From: Devosiaceae bacterium
Lineage (GTDB): Bacteria > Pseudomonadota > Alphaproteobacteria > Rhizobiales > Devosiaceae
Assembly: GCA_965284115.1 (NCBI GenBank)
Contig: CBDIRF010000010.1
Location: forward strand, 71,171 to 135,170
Reading direction: 5' to 3'
Length of the DNA: 64,000 bases
Numbering within the stretch: the first letter of the stretch is position 1; the number at the start of each line of letters is the position of its first letter. The notes under the pieces are model-generated. The model searched no databases, was not told the DNA's origin, and was given only the letters and a program-made list of their open reading frames with translations. The translations under genes and the position numbers were made by a program. Positions 21,094 through 30,371 of the stretch are shown piece after piece.

Positions 21094-21124
21094 CTGCTAC
21101 AACCTCAACCTAACTTCAGGTAAA
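21094..21124 (-). promoter_or_regulatory. SoxR box inside a 19-bp-spacer promoter for the MFS gene
   Basis: CCTCAACCTAACTTCAGG at 21103-21120 (15/18 to CCTCAAGTTAACTTGAGG); minus strand reads TTTACC-19 nt-TAGCAG, the MerR-type geometry seen at soxS. Confidence 0.85.
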
Positions 21125-21136
21125 GGGGTAATCGCG

Positions 21137-21595
21137 ATGTCGCGCGAACTTTCTGTGGGGCAGGTGGCCGAGCGCAGCGGTTTTGCGGTTTCGGCGCTGC
21201 ACTTCTACGAAAGGAAGGGGCTGATCCGCAGCCACCGCACCTCCGGCAACCAGCGGCGCTACGATCGCGACGTGCTGCGCCGGCTGGCCATCGTCCGCAT
21301 GGGCACCGAATTGGGGATCCCGCTCGTCGAGGTGGCGGAAGCGCTCGGCCACGTGCCGGTGGGACATACCCCGTCGGCGGCGGATTGGCGTTTAATGTCA
21401 GAGCTTTGGCACGACAAGCTGCAGCGCAGAATTGTGTTGATGACGCGCATGCGCGACGAACTCAATGGCTGCATCGGCTGCGGGTGCCTGTCCACCAGCA
21501 GCTGTCCGCTGATGAATTTCGGCGATCACCTGGCCGAGGAGGGCAGCGGGCCGCGCCGGCTGATGCGCGCGGGCAGCGAGACCTACGAGAGCTAG
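21137..21595 (+). CDS. soxR: Redox-sensitive activator SoxR
   Basis: LSVGQVAERSG..VSALHFYE.KGLI.S.RTSGNQRRY; 2Fe-2S motif CIGCGCLS...C. Confidence 0.95.
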   Translation: MSRELSVGQVAERSGFAVSALHFYERKGLIRSHRTSGNQRRYDRDVLRRLAIVRMGTELGIPLVEVAEALGHVPVGHTPSAADWRLMSELWHDKLQRRIVLMTRMRDELNGCIGCGCLSTSSCPLMNFGDHLAEEGSGPRRLMRAGSETYES

Positions 21596-21652
21596 GGGGA
21601 ACCGGGCGGGTCGCCGGCCGTTAGTCGGCAGCTTTTCCACAGGGCCCTACAG

Positions 21653-22171
21653 ATGGATCTCGTCACCAGCTTCGGCTACGAGCCGACTAACACCCCGCAG
21701 CACATTATCTTCATTCGCCTGTTGATCGCCGCCGGGCTCGGCGCGCTGATCGGCTGGGAGCGCGGCTCGCAGGCCGGCACCGCCGGGCTCCGGACCCATA
21801 TTCTCGTGGCGTTGGCGGCGGCTTTGTTCACCACCCTGGCGTTCGAGATTCATCAGGAGGCGATGGGGAGCGGCAGCAGCAATTCCGATCCGATCCGCGC
21901 CATCGAGGCGGTGACGGCTGGCATTGCGTTTCTCGGGGCCGGGGCGATCTTCCAGCACCGTGGCAGTGTGCAGGGGCTGACCACCGGGGCAGGCATGTGG
22001 CTGGCCGGGGCGGTCGGCGTTACCGCAGCGCTCGGCTATTACCTTATTGCGGCAGGTGTCGCGGTGTTCGCGGTCATTGTGCTGGCGGCGATGCGGGCGT
22101 TTTCGCACCGGGTGGTAAGTGCGGGCAACGGCCAGCTCGGGCAGGGAACGGAGCCGGAAAGCAAGCGTTGA
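21653..22171 (+). CDS. MgtC/SapB family membrane protein
   Basis: IGWER...[26 protein letters not shown]. Confidence 0.9.
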   Translation: MDLVTSFGYEPTNTPQHIIFIRLLIAAGLGALIGWERGSQAGTAGLRTHILVALAAALFTTLAFEIHQEAMGSGSSNSDPIRAIEAVTAGIAFLGAGAIFQHRGSVQGLTTGAGMWLAGAVGVTAALGYYLIAAGVAVFAVIVLAAMRAFSHRVVSAGNGQLGQGTEPESKR

Positions 22172-22197
22172 GTTCCTCCCAACCTGAGGAGGTTCAG

Positions 22198-22392
22198 ATG
22201 CCCGCAATATCGAAAGCCCAGCAGAAGGCAGCCGGCGCGGCGCTGTCTGCCAAACGCGGCGACACCAGGGTCAAAGACCTGAAGGGCGCCTCGAAGTCGA
22301 TGTACAAATCGATGAGCGAGACGCAGCTCGAAGAGTTTGCCGAGACCAAGCGCAAGGGTTTGCCTGAGCATAAGGGCGAGGTGAGGCATTAG
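22198..22392 (+). CDS. DUF3008 family small protein
   Basis: MPAISKAQQKAAGAALSAKRG...LKGASKSMY.SM; strong RBS gaggagg. Confidence 0.85.
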   Translation: MPAISKAQQKAAGAALSAKRGDTRVKDLKGASKSMYKSMSETQLEEFAETKRKGLPEHKGEVRH

Positions 22393-22422
22393 GGGTGCGC
22401 CAAAGTTAGTCTGGAGCGGGCT

Positions 22423-22534
22423 GACCCCCACCCCTGTCCCCTCCCCCTGGGAAAGGGGAGGGAGACCCACACACTGACATCGAAGTCGTCGTCTCCCTCC
22501 CCATGTTTAGGGGGAGGGGACAGCGGTGGGGGTC
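22423..22534. repeat. Palindromic intergenic repeat, same type as 3562-3699
   Basis: gacccccacccctgtcccctcccc ... ggggaggggacagcggtgggggtc. Confidence 0.8.
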
Positions 22535-22562
22535 GGTCAAGCACCGGGTTAGCGGTTGCCCA

Positions 22563-23063
22563 CTACTCGATCGCCGCCGGCGGCTCCGGCAGTTGCGGGT
22601 CGGCGCCTTCACCGAACACCTGCTGGCCTTCATTGTCCCAGATGCGAACCACTTCGCAGCTCGCGAGGAAATCCTTGGCGCACTCGGTCTTGACGATCGC
22701 TTCGAGGCTGGCCCGGTCCTGCTGGTCGCAGACGAACTTGCGCCAGTGCGGACCTTCCCTTTGCTGCATGAAGATGTCGGCGACCCAGCCATGCGGATAG
22801 CACCAGAGGTTGGGCGCGCAATCCTCGGGGCCGAGCCCGCTCTGCGCGACGCATTGCGCTACCGCGCAATCCATCGCGTCGGCGGCGAACGGGCCGAAGC
22901 AGACGCCGAGGCCGGCTTCGGCTGCCTGCGACACGGCAATGCCGTTGAAGGCGGGCAGCACGAAGTTGTCGACCGCCTCCTCGCTGTCGACGGCCTCTTG
23001 GGCGAGCACCGGGGCGGCGAGAAGGCCCAGCACGGCCGCCGCAAACATCGACATTCTGAGCAT
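22563..23063 (-). CDS. Secreted Cys-rich hypothetical protein
   Basis: Signal peptide (..APVLA/Q), 8 Cys, RBS ggagg. Confidence 0.75.
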   Translation of the reverse strand: MLRMSMFAAAVLGLLAAPVLAQEAVDSEEAVDNFVLPAFNGIAVSQAAEAGLGVCFGPFAADAMDCAVAQCVAQSGLGPEDCAPNLWCYPHGWVADIFMQQREGPHWRKFVCDQQDRASLEAIVKTECAKDFLASCEVVRIWDNEGQQVFGEGADPQLPEPPAAIE

Positions 23064-23150
23064 GGGAACAGCCTCCAGTGTGCGGAGGCTCGACAGTGCG
23101 GTGATCCGGGTAGGGTGGTCAAGGCTGCCAGGGGAGCCGCGCGGAACAGG

Positions 23151-23471
23151 AAAAGCGCGGTTGCGGTGGGAGAAGTATCCGCAACCGCGCCTTCGCCTGC
23201 TGGCCCCAGAGGCCCGCCGCAACTGGGTGCACACCGAATGGCCGGCACCCACCTGGGAGATGGTGGGGCGACCCGAGAACGGGAAGGCGGGGCAGCGTCA
23301 GGAGGGTCGCGCCCCGTCTTTCCGTCGTCGTATGGCGGCCGCCGCGTGAGGGAACGCGACGGGCCGCCGCTTTGGGTCGGAGCTTGGGGTCTCCGGCCGG
23401 GCCGCCCGGGTCGCCGCAGGGATATCGGCGACAGGGCGGTAGCTCAGTCATGGGACCAACTCGGCCCCATG
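23151..23471. ncRNA. Candidate multi-hairpin small RNA
   Basis: At least 6 consecutive GC-rich stems with GGGAG/GGAGG/AGGG loops (CUCCC/CCUCC on minus); no credible CDS here. Confidence 0.55.
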
Positions 23472-23473
23472 TG

Positions 23474-23526
23474 TTTGATCGCGCTTTCGAGCTGGAAAGT
23501 CTCGCAACTTTTCCCGAAAGTGCTCC
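23474..23526. repeat. Short Rhizobiales-type repeat, copy 2
   Basis: tttgatcgcgctttcgagctggaaagtctcgcaacttttcccgaaagtgctcc, similar to 21005-21058. Confidence 0.7.
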
Positions 23527-23628
23527 GGCAGAAGGATAGACGGAGAGCGCATTTGGGAATGCAATCGGCAGTGGCCTGCCTCAATGCAACGCGCTCCCCG
23601 TCCGGCACGTAACCTGTGGACGCAGTGA

Positions 23629-24075
23629 TTACGTGCCAACCGCATCGAGGTGCTGATTACGCACCCAGAAACTGACGATGGCCGCCGCTTCGCGACGGTA
23701 GGAATTGATATCGGCGTGCCGCTCGAACACGGCGTCGGCGCCGGCGGCAAGCAGGGCCTCGCGCGGCTCGCGCTCGAGGGTCGGGGCAATCGCCGCGATC
23801 AGCAGCGAATGGCCGTCGCGCATGGCGCGGAGCTTGACGACAAAGTCCAGCGTGGCGCCGGACGAGGCTTTGAGATCGACGATCACGAGGCCAGGAATGG
23901 TCACCAGCTCGTTGTCGAGCAGGCGCTGGATCTCTGCGGTCGCCAGGGCTTCGCCGTCGAGCCAGCTCACGGAAGGCGCGCCATGGGCGAGCAGCATCCG
24001 GATCATCAGCCGGGCGGAGTGGGAGTCGTCATCGACCAGTGCCATGAAGGGCTGGCCGGTACCAAAAGCGTCCAT
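23629..24075 (-). CDS. Single-domain response regulator (atypical)
   Basis: LVDDD, VIVDLK, AGADAVF; Rcp1-like ending ..IVSFW; conserved Lys-Pro missing. Confidence 0.8.
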   Translation of the reverse strand: MDAFGTGQPFMALVDDDSHSARLMIRMLLAHGAPSVSWLDGEALATAEIQRLLDNELVTIPGLVIVDLKASSGATLDFVVKLRAMRDGHSLLIAAIAPTLEREPREALLAAGADAVFERHADINSYRREAAAIVSFWVRNQHLDAVGT

Positions 24076-24344
24076 AATGGTTCCTTATTGCCGCGTTGCC
24101 GAGGCAATGGCCGAAAACTCTAGTGCGATAGTCGGTAACCCGTCGGCGGCCTGGAAAGCTGGGGGAGCCTCGTTGCATCCCCTCACCACCACGATGAAGT
24201 GCTCGTGGCTGACTGCATCAGGCAGCGACAGGGCGGCATATGATGGTTTGATGACCCTGCGCATAGGCAAAGGCATGTAACAACGCCGTAACGAGGCTTG
24301 CGATTAACATGTAAATCGCCCAGATACGGAAGGGAGGTGCTCGC

Positions 24345-26090
24345 GTGGGCGAACCGTTGCCGCAGACAATGCCGCCTCGAGCGGAGATCGAGGCTGCCCT
24401 GGCGCGGATCCAGCAGTGGCCCGGGTTGGCGCGTTCGCCGCAACTTGCCAAGTTTCTCAACTACATAGTGGTGGCGCGGCTCGACGGAAACGAAGCCGGG
24501 ATCAAGGCCTACTCGATCGCCGTCGACGTGTTCGGGCGGCCGCAGAGTTTCGATCCGCAGAACGATCCGATCGTGCGGGTGCAGGCGCGGCGGCTGCGCG
24601 CCGTGCTCGAGGAATATTACGCCTCGGACGGGGCTGCCGAAACCGTCACATTTTACCTGCCGGTGGGACGTTACATCCCCGAATTTGGAGTGCGGGGAGG
24701 CGAGGCGGCCGCGACGACGGCTGAATCGCCTGTAACCGGTTTCACTCCGGCAACGCCCCCAGCGACCGGCGAGCGGTCATGGCTGGCGCGGCTCGACGAT
24801 ATCGTGCTGCTGGTGGTGCTGGTGTTCGTGGCGCTCGGCATTGCCATGGTGCTGACGCAGGTGCTGGCGCCGCGGCAGGTGCGGATCACGGTGCCGCAGC
24901 CGCCGGTGGTGGCGGTCAGCGAGTTCACCTCGGTGGCGGCGGGGCAGGCCAGCACCAGCGTTGCCGGGCTGGCAGTGGAACTGGTCACCGACCTCGGGTT
25001 GTTCCCGTTCATCGACGCGGTCTACCTCACGCGGCCGGAGCAGCCGGCGCCGGGAGCCTCGGCCCCCAGCTTCGAGCTCTCGGGCATTGCCCGGACCGAG
25101 GGCGGCGAAATGCAGATCACTGCCAGCCTGAAGCGCGTCGGCTCCGATACAGCGGTCTGGACCATGACGGAGAAAGTGCCGGCGGCGGAGTTCGCCACCA
25201 GTATCGACAAGCTGTCGCAGGCCTTTGCCGATCAGTTGGGCGCGGTCGAAGGGCCACTGCACAGCGAGGCGATCCAGTGGCTCGCCACCAATGCGGATCT
25301 TTCAGGCAACGAGACGGAATATCTGTGCGGTTTGTTGTTCACCCGCTATCGCGACAGCGCCCGCACCGATGACGACGAGCGGGCGCGCGCCTGCATCGCC
25401 GGCTTGCTGCGGAGCCAGCCGCGTTCGGCGTTCGGCCTCGCGATGAGCGGCGCGCTGCTGCTCGACCGGACGCTGAAGCTGCAGCCGCCTGCCGGCCTTG
25501 ACCCCGAGCCGATTGCCGAGGCGGAGCGGCAACTCGAGGAGGCGCTGGCGCTGGCGCCGACCTCCAGCCCGGTGTGGCGGGAGTACGCGTTCTTCCTCGA
25601 GGCAACGGGCCGCACCGGCGAGGCCGAGGCGGCGTTCACCTCGGCCCTGCAGCTCAACCCCTCCAATCTCGATGCCTATGCCGGCTACGCGCGGCTGTTG
25701 TCGCTGCGCGGCAAATCGGCGAAAGGCGAGGCGATGGCGATGGAGTCGCTGCGCCGCGCGGTGTCGGCGCCCTACTGGTATCACGAGGCGCCGGCGGTCA
25801 ATGCGCTGCGCAATGGCGACAATGGCGAGGCGCTGCTGCAGGCCGAAGCGCTGGTGGTGGGCGATCCGGAGCTGGCTTCCGCCATTGCCGTCACGGCGGC
25901 ACACCGCCTCGAGTACGAGGATGCGCTCAACCGGTCGATTGCACAGTTGCTCGACGTGACGCGGTTCCGCCGCTTCGGTATCCTGCCGGTGCTGCGCCAG
26001 CGGCTGGGCGATGCCGAACTCCGCGCCGCGATCGGCAACGAACTGGCAGCGGCGGGCATTGATCAGGCGGCGCTGAACGGGCCGCAGTGA
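24345..26090 (+). CDS. Membrane-anchored TolB-like/TPR protein with N-terminal wHTH-like domain
   Basis: FL.YIV...IKAYSIAVDVFGR...FDP..DPIVRVQARRLR..L..YY, one TM, TPR-like ALQLNPSN. Confidence 0.8.
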   Translation: MGEPLPQTMPPRAEIEAALARIQQWPGLARSPQLAKFLNYIVVARLDGNEAGIKAYSIAVDVFGRPQSFDPQNDPIVRVQARRLRAVLEEYYASDGAAETVTFYLPVGRYIPEFGVRGGEAAATTAESPVTGFTPATPPATGERSWLARLDDIVLLVVLVFVALGIAMVLTQVLAPRQVRITVPQPPVVAVSEFTSVAAGQASTSVAGLAVELVTDLGLFPFIDAVYLTRPEQPAPGASAPSFELSGIARTEGGEMQITASLKRVGSDTAVWTMTEKVPAAEFATSIDKLSQAFADQLGAVEGPLHSEAIQWLATNADLSGNETEYLCGLLFTRYRDSARTDDDERARACIAGLLRSQPRSAFGLAMSGALLLDRTLKLQPPAGLDPEPIAEAERQLEEALALAPTSSPVWREYAFFLEATGRTGEAEAAFTSALQLNPSNLDAYAGYARLLSLRGKSAKGEAMAMESLRRAVSAPYWYHEAPAVNALRNGDNGEALLQAEALVVGDPELASAIAVTAAHRLEYEDALNRSIAQLLDVTRFRRFGILPVLRQRLGDAELRAAIGNELAAAGIDQAALNGPQ

Positions 26091-26100
26091 TATCGTTTGG

Positions 26101-27123
26101 TTGTCGTCGTTTCGGAGTTCTCATGTCTTTCGCGCCCTCGTCACCGACCGGCTCCCCGACGGTGAATTGCGCAGCAGCCTCAAGACAATGACTGACGAGC
26201 AACTGCCCGATGGCAACGTGGTGGTGGCGATCGAATGGGCCGGGCTCAACTACAAGGATGCGCTGTGCCTCACCGGACAGGGCGGGCTGGTGCGGAACTA
26301 TCCGCATGTCGCCGGCATCGACTTTGCCGGCCGGGTGATCGAGAGCGGCGATGCCCGCTACCACCCGGGCCAGGCGGTGATCCTCACGGGCTGGCGGGTG
26401 GGCGAACTCCATTGGGGTGGCTACGCACAGCGGGCCCGGGTCAATGCCGATTGGCTGGTGCCGCTGCCGAAGCGGTTTTCGACCCGCACGGCGATGATGC
26501 TCGGCACGGCCGGGCTTGCGGCGATGCTGGCGGTCAACCGGCTGCAGGCTGAGGGGGTGCGGGCCGGCGAGGGCGAGGTGCTGGTCACCGGCGCCGGCGG
26601 CGGCGTCGGCAGCATTGCGGTGCTGCTGCTCAGCCGGCTGGGCTATGACGTTGTGGCGGTGACGGGGCGGGCGGAGCTCGCCGAACGGCTGACGCGGCTC
26701 GGCGCCAGCCGCATCGTTTCGCGCGACGAGGTGCTGAAGCCGACCGGCAAGATGCTCGACAAGGAACAATGGTCCGGCGCCATCGACTCGGTCGGCGGCC
26801 CGCTGCTCGGCGAAATACTGAAGAAGGTGCGCTATGGCGGGGCGGTGGCGGCGATCGGCAATGCCGGCGGCCGCAATTGGGATGCCAGCGTCATTCCGTT
26901 CATCCTGCGCAACATATCGCTCTGCGGTATCGACACGGTGATGCAGCCGTTCGAGGCGCGGCGCTCGGCGTGGGACCGGCTGACCAACCTGTTCGTGCCG
27001 GCGGCGTTCGAGGCGATGCTGACCGAGGCGCGGCTCGAGGATTTGCCCGGGCTGGCGGCTGAGATGCTGGAGGGGAAGATCGCCGGGCGCGTGGTGGTGA
27101 ACCCGCGCGATCCGCCGACTTGA
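26101..27123 (+). CDS. acuI: Acryloyl-CoA reductase AcuI/YhdH-family oxidoreductase
   Basis: LNYKDAL, GIDFAG, GWRVGELHWGGYAQ.ARV..DWLVPLP, TGAGGGVGS, PFILR. Confidence 0.85.
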   Translation: MSSFRSSHVFRALVTDRLPDGELRSSLKTMTDEQLPDGNVVVAIEWAGLNYKDALCLTGQGGLVRNYPHVAGIDFAGRVIESGDARYHPGQAVILTGWRVGELHWGGYAQRARVNADWLVPLPKRFSTRTAMMLGTAGLAAMLAVNRLQAEGVRAGEGEVLVTGAGGGVGSIAVLLLSRLGYDVVAVTGRAELAERLTRLGASRIVSRDEVLKPTGKMLDKEQWSGAIDSVGGPLLGEILKKVRYGGAVAAIGNAGGRNWDASVIPFILRNISLCGIDTVMQPFEARRSAWDRLTNLFVPAAFEAMLTEARLEDLPGLAAEMLEGKIAGRVVVNPRDPPT

Positions 27124-27154
27124 GGCATGCTGAACTTGCTGATCGGCCCCCAAA

Positions 27155-27194
27155 CGGCGGGGTCGCCTTTGCTGTGGACGCGAACGACCCCGCC
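27155..27194. terminator. Hairpin downstream of acuI
   Basis: ggcggggtcg ... cgaccccgcc inverted repeat; no U-tract. Confidence 0.35.
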
Positions 27195-27300
27195 GGCAAC
27201 CGGACGAACATTCAGGCTGCGGAATAGGTACGTGTGGATGGGTGGGCGAGTTTCGCCGAGGGTACGGGTTACCCCTGTGCGCTTGGTGGAGCTCTCTCTG

Positions 27301-27391
27301 CTTCCCTCCCCCTTGAGGGGAGGGATCGAGGGAGGGGGTGGTGCGGTGATCACCGATGGACCCCCACCCCTCCCCTCAAGGGGGAGGGGAG
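27301..27391. repeat. Palindromic intergenic repeat
   Basis: tccctcccccttgaggggaggga ... cccctcccctcaaggggggaggga. Confidence 0.75.
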
Positions 27392-27400
27392 CCAACACCC

Positions 27401-27733
27401 TCAATGCACGGCGCTCTTCGAGAACAGGTTGATGACAATCACCCCGGCCATGATCAGGCCCATGCCGATGAGCGCCGGGAGGTCGAGCAGCTGTTTGTAG
27501 AGCAGCCAGCCGGCCAGCGAGATGAGGACGATGCCGACGCCGGACCAGATGGCGTAGGCGACGCCGACCGGCATGCTGCGCAGGGTCAGCGACAGGAAGT
27601 AGAAGGCGACGGCATAGCCGACGATCGAGATCAGCGACGGCCAGAGCTGGGTGAAGCCGTCGGCAGCGCGCAGCGCGGTGGTGGCGATCACCTCGGCGAC
27701 GATGGCGACCGCCAGATAGGCGTAGGCGATCAC
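27401..27733 (-). CDS. SMR (EmrE/QacE-like) transporter
   Basis: 110 aa, 4 [20 protein letters not shown]. Confidence 0.92.
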   Translation of the reverse strand: MIAYAYLAVAIVAEVIATTALRAADGFTQLWPSLISIVGYAVAFYFLSLTLRSMPVGVAYAIWSGVGIVLISLAGWLLYKQLLDLPALIGMGLIMAGVIVINLFSKSAVH

Positions 27734-29049
27734 GCCTTGCCTCCAAAATAGCTACCGGCGAGCCTCACAAACGCAGCGCCGCGCTCCTCGAAGTTCTTGA
27801 ACACCTTGCCGGTGCTTTCGAGCTGGCCATAGCTCGGGGCGCCGGGGGAGAGGATCACCGTCTCGAACTTCGCCTGCCGCCCGGCGAGCGCCTTGATGGC
27901 GTCTTCGAGCGTACCGGCTTCGATCACTTCGATCTCGGGGGCCGCGGCGTAGGTCAAAGTGGCGAGGCGATCACCGGTCACCGGCAGGCAGACCAGCACG
28001 GTGACACCGCGCGGCGCGAGGAGCTGCGACAGCTCGGAGTAATCCTGGTGGCGCTCATGGCCGCCGGCGATCAGCGCGATGCGGCTGCCCTCATAGGCGG
28101 CGAGCGCCGCCTTGGTGGCTTCCGGGGTGGTGGAGATCGAATTGTTGACGAAGGTCACCGCGCCGACCCGGTGCTCTTCGAGCCGGTGCGGCAGCGGGGT
28201 GAACTTGCCGATGCCGCGTACCACGCCCTCGAGATCGGCGCCGGCCTTCATGGCGATGGCGGCGGCGAGCAGCGCGTTGTTGAGGTTGTGCTCGCCCTTG
28301 AGGCGGGAGCGGGCCGCAGCCGAAGCGATGCGATCGTGAATGAACGGGGCGAGCGGCGGGATCAGGCGCTTTGGGTCACGCAGCGCTTCCATCACCAGCG
28401 GGTTGCCGAGCGCGCCGACGCCCAGCGCCACCGGGAAGGGCGCATCGCGGTCGATCAGGTTGAGCTTGTCCTGATAGTAGCGCTCGACGCTGCGGTGCCA
28501 GTCGGTGTGCTCGGGCGAGAGGTTGGTGATCGCGGCGATATCGGGGGTGAAGGCCATGTCGGCGGTCTGGTAGCTCGACAGCTCGAACACCACGATCGGG
28601 TGCTTGTCGGCAATCTCCAGCGGCGCCAGCCCGACATTACCGGCGAGCCCGGCATCGAGGCCGGATTCGGTGAGCATCAGGTGCACCAGCGTTGCGGTAG
28701 TCGACTTGCCCTTGGTGCCCGAGATGGCGATGACTTTGCGGCCCTCGCGATAGGCCTCGCCCCAGAGGTTGAGGTTGGAGGTGACGGCAATGCCGGCCTC
28801 GCGCGCCATGGCGAAGACCGGGCGGTAGCGTGAGACGCCGGGGCTCTTGACGATGGTCGAGAACAGCCGGCTTTCGATAGCCTGCGTCAGGTCGGCCGGC
28901 GCGATGAAGGTCGCGTCGTCGATATCGGCTTCGCCGCTGTCGACGGTGACATAGACCTTGGTGGCGGGCGCGCGGGCCTTGATGAAGGCGCGGGTGGAGC
29001 GGGCCTCGCGGCCGGCGCCGTAGAGCAGCACGGGTTCATCAAAGCGCAT
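27730..29049 (-). CDS. murD2: MurD-family ligase, MurD2 type (UDP-MurNAc-L-Ala--L-Glu ligase)
   Basis: G.GRE N-terminus, [27 protein letters not shown] in place of the canonical SKATN; coupled to murL. Confidence 0.8.
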   Translation of the reverse strand: MRFDEPVLLYGAGREARSTRAFIKARAPATKVYVTVDSGEADIDDATFIAPADLTQAIESRLFSTIVKSPGVSRYRPVFAMAREAGIAVTSNLNLWGEAYREGRKVIAISGTKGKSTTATLVHLMLTESGLDAGLAGNVGLAPLEIADKHPIVVFELSSYQTADMAFTPDIAAITNLSPEHTDWHRSVERYYQDKLNLIDRDAPFPVALGVGALGNPLVMEALRDPKRLIPPLAPFIHDRIASAAARSRLKGEHNLNNALLAAAIAMKAGADLEGVVRGIGKFTPLPHRLEEHRVGAVTFVNNSISTTPEATKAALAAYEGSRIALIAGGHERHQDYSELSQLLAPRGVTVLVCLPVTGDRLATLTYAAAPEIEVIEAGTLEDAIKALAGRQAKFETVILSPGAPSYGQLESTGKVFKNFEERGAAFVRLAGSYFGGKA

Positions 29050-30371
29050 GCGGGGCGACTCGCTCGAAGATGTCCTGCGGGATGAGGTGTTCTGGGCTAT
29101 CGATCAGCAGTTCGGCAAGAGCGTCTTCAAGCCGCTGGCTGCCGTACTGAGTCAACAAATCGGGCTTCAGCATTGAAACGATTGGCGCATCGGCCCACTC
29201 TGGCAGCTTGGTCAGGGCCCAGAGGCAGGCCGCTGCCTCCTCGATTTCGCCGACGCATTCCCAGGGCTTCTGGCCGGCAAGGCCGGTGAGCTCGCGGAAC
29301 GAGCGCTCATGCGATGGCTGGCTCAGGAGGTTCTGGCCGAAAATGCCGACCAGCCGCGCCTTGTCCATCACAGGCGCGAAGATCAGGAAGACGAAGTGGC
29401 ATTTGGGGCACTTGCCGCACCAGAGCGGGCCAGCGTGACCGGCGAGCTTGAAGTTCTCGTTGCAGCTCGAAAACACGTGGTCGAAGCGGCTCACCCGGGC
29501 AAACAGCGCGGCGATCTTCGCTTCGGAATAGGGGCGCAGCAGCGAAAAGTAGCCGAGGGTGCCGCCGCTGGCGTGCTCGAGCACCCTGGCGATCAGGTTT
29601 TCGAAGTCGAGCGACTTGGAATGCTGGTGGTTGGCCTCGCGCCCGTCGAACTCGACATTGCCTTCGCTGGCCGAGCGCTCGTTGGAAAGAACGATCCGGT
29701 TGTAGGAGAACAGCAGCGCCGTCAGCGCCGCGATCATCGAGTTGATGGCGGTGGAGGGCACGTGGCCGTTGTAATAGCCTGGCTCCTTGCCGAGCCGGAT
29801 CATTTCGGGGTCAAGCTTGCGGCTGACATAGAGCGGGGTGCGGCCGACCTTGTCGACCGAGCCGATGATCGGGCCCCTGGGGTTCACGGCGAACGGCGTG
29901 AAATCCACCCCGGCCGCTTCCAGCAGCTGCACGCTGACCAGCGAATCCTTGCCGCCGCCGATCGGCAACAGGGCGCGGTCGCGCAAAGCCGGGGCGGCGG
30001 GGGCAGGGCCGTGATCCTCGGGATCGTCGATCTCGATTTCGCCGAAGCGCTTCAAATTGTTGCGGGCGTAGAACTCGCCGAGGCCGTTCTCATAAACGTC
30101 GAGAGCAAAACCGTGCTCGCGCACCGTCAGCGGGAACGGGATGACGATGCGAAAGGGGGCGCGCAGCTTGTAGTAGCTGACGCCCAGCACCACGGCGGCC
30201 AGCTGCAGCAGCTTGAGGAAGGACGGGGTGGCGGCAACGGCGCCGTCGCTGTCCGGGGAAGCTGAGGACTTCCGAAAAGCTCAGCTCGCCCAGGGTGTAG
30301 CGGAACGTCGCAACGCTCGTTGCGGCGTCGAAGGCGGGATGCTCGATGGTGAAGGCTTCGGTCACGCTCAA
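29039..30371 (-). CDS. murL: UDP-MurNAc-L-Ala-L-Glu epimerase MurL; one extra base near 30256
   Basis: GVSYYK, IGGGKDS, NGHVP.TAINS, SNERSA, NHQ.SKS, FSSCN, WCG.CPKC.FVFL, KPWECVG; N-terminus in ORF 30090-30371. Confidence 0.82.

Noticed and set aside
23151-23471. CRISPR array or tRNA cluster
   Set aside because: Stems differ in sequence with no identical repeats; no cloverleaf or TTCGA T-loop, although gggcggtagctcag at 23434 superficially resembles a tRNA 5' end
27127-27432. 101-aa ORF after acuI
   Set aside because: Translates a hairpin and a palindromic repeat; no protein features
30127-30367. Phosphoesterase C-terminal extension or fusion with MurL
   Set aside because: Explained by a single indel near 30389; the natural stop at 30368 overlaps the murL start
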